From NCBI GenBank assembly GCA_965217895.1, contig CBDCJV010000002.1:3232001-3296000 (forward strand): a stretch of DNA of 64,000 nt, written 5' to 3'. Under the pieces are notes generated by a model. That model made no database searches. It saw only the letters and a list, made by a program, of their open reading frames with translations, and was not told where the DNA came from. Position 1 is the first letter of the stretch, and the number at the start of each line of letters is the position of its first letter. Origin of the DNA: Waterburya sp. (lineage in GTDB: Bacteria > Cyanobacteriota > Cyanobacteriia > Cyanobacteriales > Xenococcaceae). Both the position numbers and the translations under genes were made by a program. Below are positions 60,369 through 64,000 of this stretch, piece by piece.

Positions 60369-62357
60369 CTAACTACTTTTAACTTCAGCGTGTTTTTCAA
60401 CTTCAGCCTGATAAGTTGGTAATTCAAACCAAAAAGTAGTACCCACCCCAACTTCACTATCAATATGAACTCTGCTGTTGTGCTTTTCAATTATATTTCT
60501 GACAATAGAAAGACCTAAACCAGTTCCTTCTAGAGTGTGAACCCGATTTTCTACTCTAAAGAAACGCTCAAAAATAGCCTCTTTATCTTCTTTAGAAATG
60601 CCGATTCCTGTATCCGTTACTTCTATTCTGACTGCTGGCTGGCGTAATGTGTTGGATTCAGCTTGAGTTGTATAAGCTCTAACCGTAACTTTTCCACCCG
60701 AATAAGTGAATTTTAAGCTATTACCCACAAGATTAGTGAGTACCTGTAGCAACAGATCGTAATTGCCCAATACAGCAGGCAAGTTGGACTCAAGTATCCG
60801 ATCTATTTCAATTCCTTTATCTTTGGCGTTTAGTTGACAGGTTCGTAAAGTCTGTTCTATGGGTTGAATCAAATCTACTTCACTAAGACTATAGGCGTGG
60901 GAAGATTCTAGACGAGATAAGTCCAAAACATCATTAACTAGACGAGTCAAACGATCTGTTTCGTGGTTAGCCGTATCTAAAAACTCTTTTCTTTGGACAT
61001 GAGTTAGATCCTCACCATATTCTGAGAGGGTTTCAATAAAAGACTTGATGTTAAACAAAGGAGTTCTTAATTCATGGGAAACGTTGCTGATGAATTGGCT
61101 TTTTGCTTCATTTAACTCCACTTCACGGGTAATATCTTGAACCGTCATGGCAATTCCTTTCACATTTTCGCTACCGCCATCAACAACTCGACGGAGCAAA
61201 ACCCGAATAGTTCTGGATACAGGTTTGTTTACAGTAATCCGAAATTCGTCTCTGGTGGGTAGAAAATGATGTTTTTCTGCTTCTGGAGAAATAGACTTTC
61301 CTGGTTCAACCTTGGTTTCTGGCTCAGTCTTGCTATCAATCATCTGATAAAGGGGTTTGGTTAGCTTAACCGTTAATTCTGAAGGCAGACGATGCAAAAC
61401 ATTTTCACCGATCGCCTCTTTTTCCCAACCAAAAATATTTCTAGCTGTAGGATTGGCTAAAATAATCCGCATTTCTGGATCGATTAACATTGCCCCATCG
61501 GCGATGGTAGATACTAAAGTTTCCAGCTTGGCTTTTTCTGAGGTTAATTCTTCAATATTTTGTTCTTCATATTTTTCTAGCTTCTCAGCCATTTGATTAA
61601 AGCTACCAATTAACTCTCCCAACTCGCCTCTCAAAGGCAGATCGATTCGTTGCTTAAAGTTTTTGGCAGCAATGTTTCTTACCCCTACCAATAGTTCTTT
61701 GATTGGTCTTGTGATCATTAAGGCATTAAATACATTGCCTAAAATTACCATTGCCCAGATCGTAATAAACACGGCAATAGTTACATCTCGCGTCAGGTTA
61801 GACGAAGCCACAATTGTCGGATTAGGATTGATGCCGACTGCCATTACCCCTAAATACCTATTTTTGTGTCGTAGAGGCACAAAAACGTCGGTTACTTGAC
61901 CGTTGGGTGTCTGATGTTGCCGCACAAAGGGCAGATCAATATTTGGATCGTAGTTGTCAGGTAGCTTGATGCGACGTTTGATCGTCAGAGAGTTTTGGAC
62001 TTCTGCCTGGGAATAGGGGATGCCAAAAAAGATACTCCCAGCGCGATCGGCATAGATTATATATCGAATGCTGGAGGTGCTGCGGTAAAAACGCTCGGAA
62101 AAATTTGCCAAACCTGTCAGGTCATCCTCAGCTACTAAGGGTGCTGCATTAGAAGCAATTAAGATGCTTAAATCACTTCCAAAGCGGGTGTCGTTGATAT
62201 TTGACTCTAGCTGGATTGTATTAACCGCCCAAAAAGTTATGCTGCTCATAATCAAAGAAACTATCAAGGTAGCAGCAGCCATCAACTTAGTCTGGAGGGT
62301 AAAATCAGACCACCACAGGGAGATAACTTCTTTGATTTTGGTAATGAAGGTCAGCAA
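60369..62357 (-). CDS. nblS: Sensor histidine kinase NblS/Hik33 (DspA)
   Basis: [11 protein letters not shown], two TM helices, [32 protein letters not shown]; adjacent to purD. Confidence 0.93.
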   Translation of the reverse strand: MLTFITKIKEVISLWWSDFTLQTKLMAAATLIVSLIMSSITFWAVNTIQLESNINDTRFGSDLSILIASNAAPLVAEDDLTGLANFSERFYRSTSSIRYIIYADRAGSIFFGIPYSQAEVQNSLTIKRRIKLPDNYDPNIDLPFVRQHQTPNGQVTDVFVPLRHKNRYLGVMAVGINPNPTIVASSNLTRDVTIAVFITIWAMVILGNVFNALMITRPIKELLVGVRNIAAKNFKQRIDLPLRGELGELIGSFNQMAEKLEKYEEQNIEELTSEKAKLETLVSTIADGAMLIDPEMRIILANPTARNIFGWEKEAIGENVLHRLPSELTVKLTKPLYQMIDSKTEPETKVEPGKSISPEAEKHHFLPTRDEFRITVNKPVSRTIRVLLRRVVDGGSENVKGIAMTVQDITREVELNEAKSQFISNVSHELRTPLFNIKSFIETLSEYGEDLTHVQRKEFLDTANHETDRLTRLVNDVLDLSRLESSHAYSLSEVDLIQPIEQTLRTCQLNAKDKGIEIDRILESNLPAVLGNYDLLLQVLTNLVGNSLKFTYSGGKVTVRAYTTQAESNTLRQPAVRIEVTDTGIGISKEDKEAIFERFFRVENRVHTLEGTGLGLSIVRNIIEKHNSRVHIDSEVGVGTTFWFELPTYQAEVEKHAEVKSS

Positions 62358-62443
62358 TGTAATCAGTTTTAAATAAATATTAAGTTAAGTGAATTATAGT
62401 GTATTAACTGGGCTGACGAACAGAAAAGAAACATCATACACTT

Positions 62444-63706
62444 TTATTTTCTATATTCATGCCCAATATCGCGACGGTAATACATTCCCTCAAACTGAAT
62501 TGATTCTACAGCGTCATATACAGAAGCGATCGCCTGTTCAAAATTATCTCCAATAGCAGTAATTCCCAGCACTCTACCACCGTCGGTAAGAATTTCTGCT
62601 TGCTCTAGTTTTGTGCCTGCATGAAATACTATTGCTCCTTTATTGGTAGCTTCAATAATACCAGCGATCGCCATGCCTTTTTTGTAAGCATCGGGATAGC
62701 CTCCAGAAGCAGCTACCACGCATACTGCACTGCCTGCTTTGGTTTTGATTGGCGGTAATTGTGATAATTTTTGTTCGACACAGGCAAGTAAAATCTCATC
62801 TAAAGGCATATCTAAAAGAGGTAATACTACCTGAGTCTCAGGATCGCCAAAACGACAGTTAAATTCAATTACTTTTGGTTCACCTGCGGGGGTAATCATC
62901 AAGCCTGCATACAGTACTCCGCAATAATCAATCTTATTTTGCTTGAGAATATTTAAAGTAGGCTGCAAGATTTCTTGTTCAATTCTTGTCATTAACTCTG
63001 GCGTTACTAATGGCACAGGAGAATAAGCACCCATTCCGCCCGTATTTTTGCCCGTATCTCCCTCACCGATCCGTTTATGATCCTGGGCGGGAGAGAGGGG
63101 ACGAATAGTTTTGCCGTCGGTAACTGCCAAAACCGATACTTCTGAACCTGTGAGAAATTCTTCGATGACCAATTTATTAGAGTTATCCCCTAGTAACTCT
63201 TCTACCGCTGCGATCGCCTCTTCCATAGTAGTTGCCACAATTACCCCTTTCCCCGCAGCCAAACCATCAGCTTTGACCACAATCGGCACACCTTGGGCGC
63301 GAATATAATCTTTGGCAGCAGCAGCATTAGTGAAAGTCTTCGACTTGGCGGTGGGGACATTTGCCTGAGTCATGATTTCTTTTGCCCAAGACTTGCTCGA
63401 TTCTATCTGTGCGCCTTCCTTCGTCGGTCCAAAAACAGCAATATTGCGCGCGCGTAAATGATCGACAATTCCCAAAGATAAAGGTACTTCTGGTCCTACT
63501 ACCACTAAAGAAATTTGATTTGCTGTTACTGCATCAACAATACCTGCAAAATCATCTACAGCTAAAGTTAAGTTGTGGCAATTTGCCATAGTTGCAGTGC
63601 CACCATTGCCAGGAGTACAAAAAACTTGGTCTACGCTAGGAGATTGTAATAATGTCCAGGCTAGGGTATGTTCTCTTCCACCATTGCCCACTACTAATAC
63701 TTTCAT
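62444..63706 (-). CDS. purD: Phosphoribosylamine--glycine ligase
   Basis: MKVLVVGNGGREH (start 63706), KADGLAAGKGV, NTGGMG, RFGDPE. Confidence 0.97.
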   Translation of the reverse strand: MKVLVVGNGGREHTLAWTLLQSPSVDQVFCTPGNGGTATMANCHNLTLAVDDFAGIVDAVTANQISLVVVGPEVPLSLGIVDHLRARNIAVFGPTKEGAQIESSKSWAKEIMTQANVPTAKSKTFTNAAAAKDYIRAQGVPIVVKADGLAAGKGVIVATTMEEAIAAVEELLGDNSNKLVIEEFLTGSEVSVLAVTDGKTIRPLSPAQDHKRIGEGDTGKNTGGMGAYSPVPLVTPELMTRIEQEILQPTLNILKQNKIDYCGVLYAGLMITPAGEPKVIEFNCRFGDPETQVVLPLLDMPLDEILLACVEQKLSQLPPIKTKAGSAVCVVAASGGYPDAYKKGMAIAGIIEATNKGAIVFHAGTKLEQAEILTDGGRVLGITAIGDNFEQAIASVYDAVESIQFEGMYYRRDIGHEYRK

Positions 63707-63808
63707 ATATTTAGGATAACTACTACGCAAGTATGTAATTATCTCACGGGTGTTGGTTATTAAACCGCATCCAGTTTAAAACCAGGAGTTTTTAAGTTGA
63801 CTGTTCGT

Positions 63809-63982
63809 AAGTAGCAAGTATCAAGTAGCAAGTATCAAGTAGCAAGTATCAAGTAGCAAGTAGCAAGTATCAAGTAGCAAGTATCAAGTAGCAAGTAGCA
63901 AGTATCAAGTAGCAAGTATCAAGTATCAAGTAGCAAGTATCAAGTAGCAAGTATCAAGTAGCAAGTATCAAGTATCAAGTAG
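63809..63982. repeat. Heptamer tandem repeat array with two unit types
   Basis: 24 full units of AAGTAGC or AAGTATC plus a partial unit. Confidence 0.97.
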
Positions 63983-64000
63983 AAATTATATCCTGCTGTT

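Larger units (their letters stand above)
1..64000. repeat. HIP1 octamer GCGATCGC dispersed throughout the window
   Basis: Dozens of copies, e.g. at 481, 923, 1833, 2416, 2987; hallmark of many cyanobacteria. Confidence 0.95.

Noticed and set aside
63809..63982. Possible CRISPR array
   Set aside because: Contiguous 7-bp units with no unique spacers and no cas genes

Overview
Cyanobacterial chromosomal segment: AT-rich, with very frequent HIP1 octamers (GCGATCGC), heptamer/octamer tandem repeats and GTAG-type REP hairpins. The lineage cannot be fixed from the sequence alone. The backbone is housekeeping: dapB, S1-domain protein, hisB, fabI-ntcA-DUF3084-yqgF, glycogen genes, rfbB, cydB, ppc, glcD, ndbB, GH38 mannosidase, a CPA2 antiporter, the flv4-sll0218-flv2 operon divergent from cmpABCD, moaE, fmt, nblS/hik33 and purD. 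The most unusual part is a roughly 2 kb patch between the convergent phzF-like gene and glcD (28963-31096). It holds a DJ-1/PfpI gene remnant, a small membrane-protein gene followed by a canonical integron attC site with no integrase in the window, and a DUF433-DUF5615 toxin-antitoxin pair. That pair is bracketed by two versions of the glcD 3' end whose substitutions are all synonymous, which suggests the module came in with a foreign glcD allele. Other hidden features, most not in the ORF track: arsH broken by an internal deletion, an ArsR-type operator, a RecD2 C-terminal remnant, an internally deleted ISKra4-like element, a MITE, repeat elements translated in frame inside enzymes, a tandem RNase III-domain protein with degenerate catalytic motifs, cydB without cydA, and a BrnA-type antitoxin lacking its DNA-binding domain. 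No rRNA, tRNA or CRISPR array was seen. All family assignments come from motif recognition by eye, not database searches.
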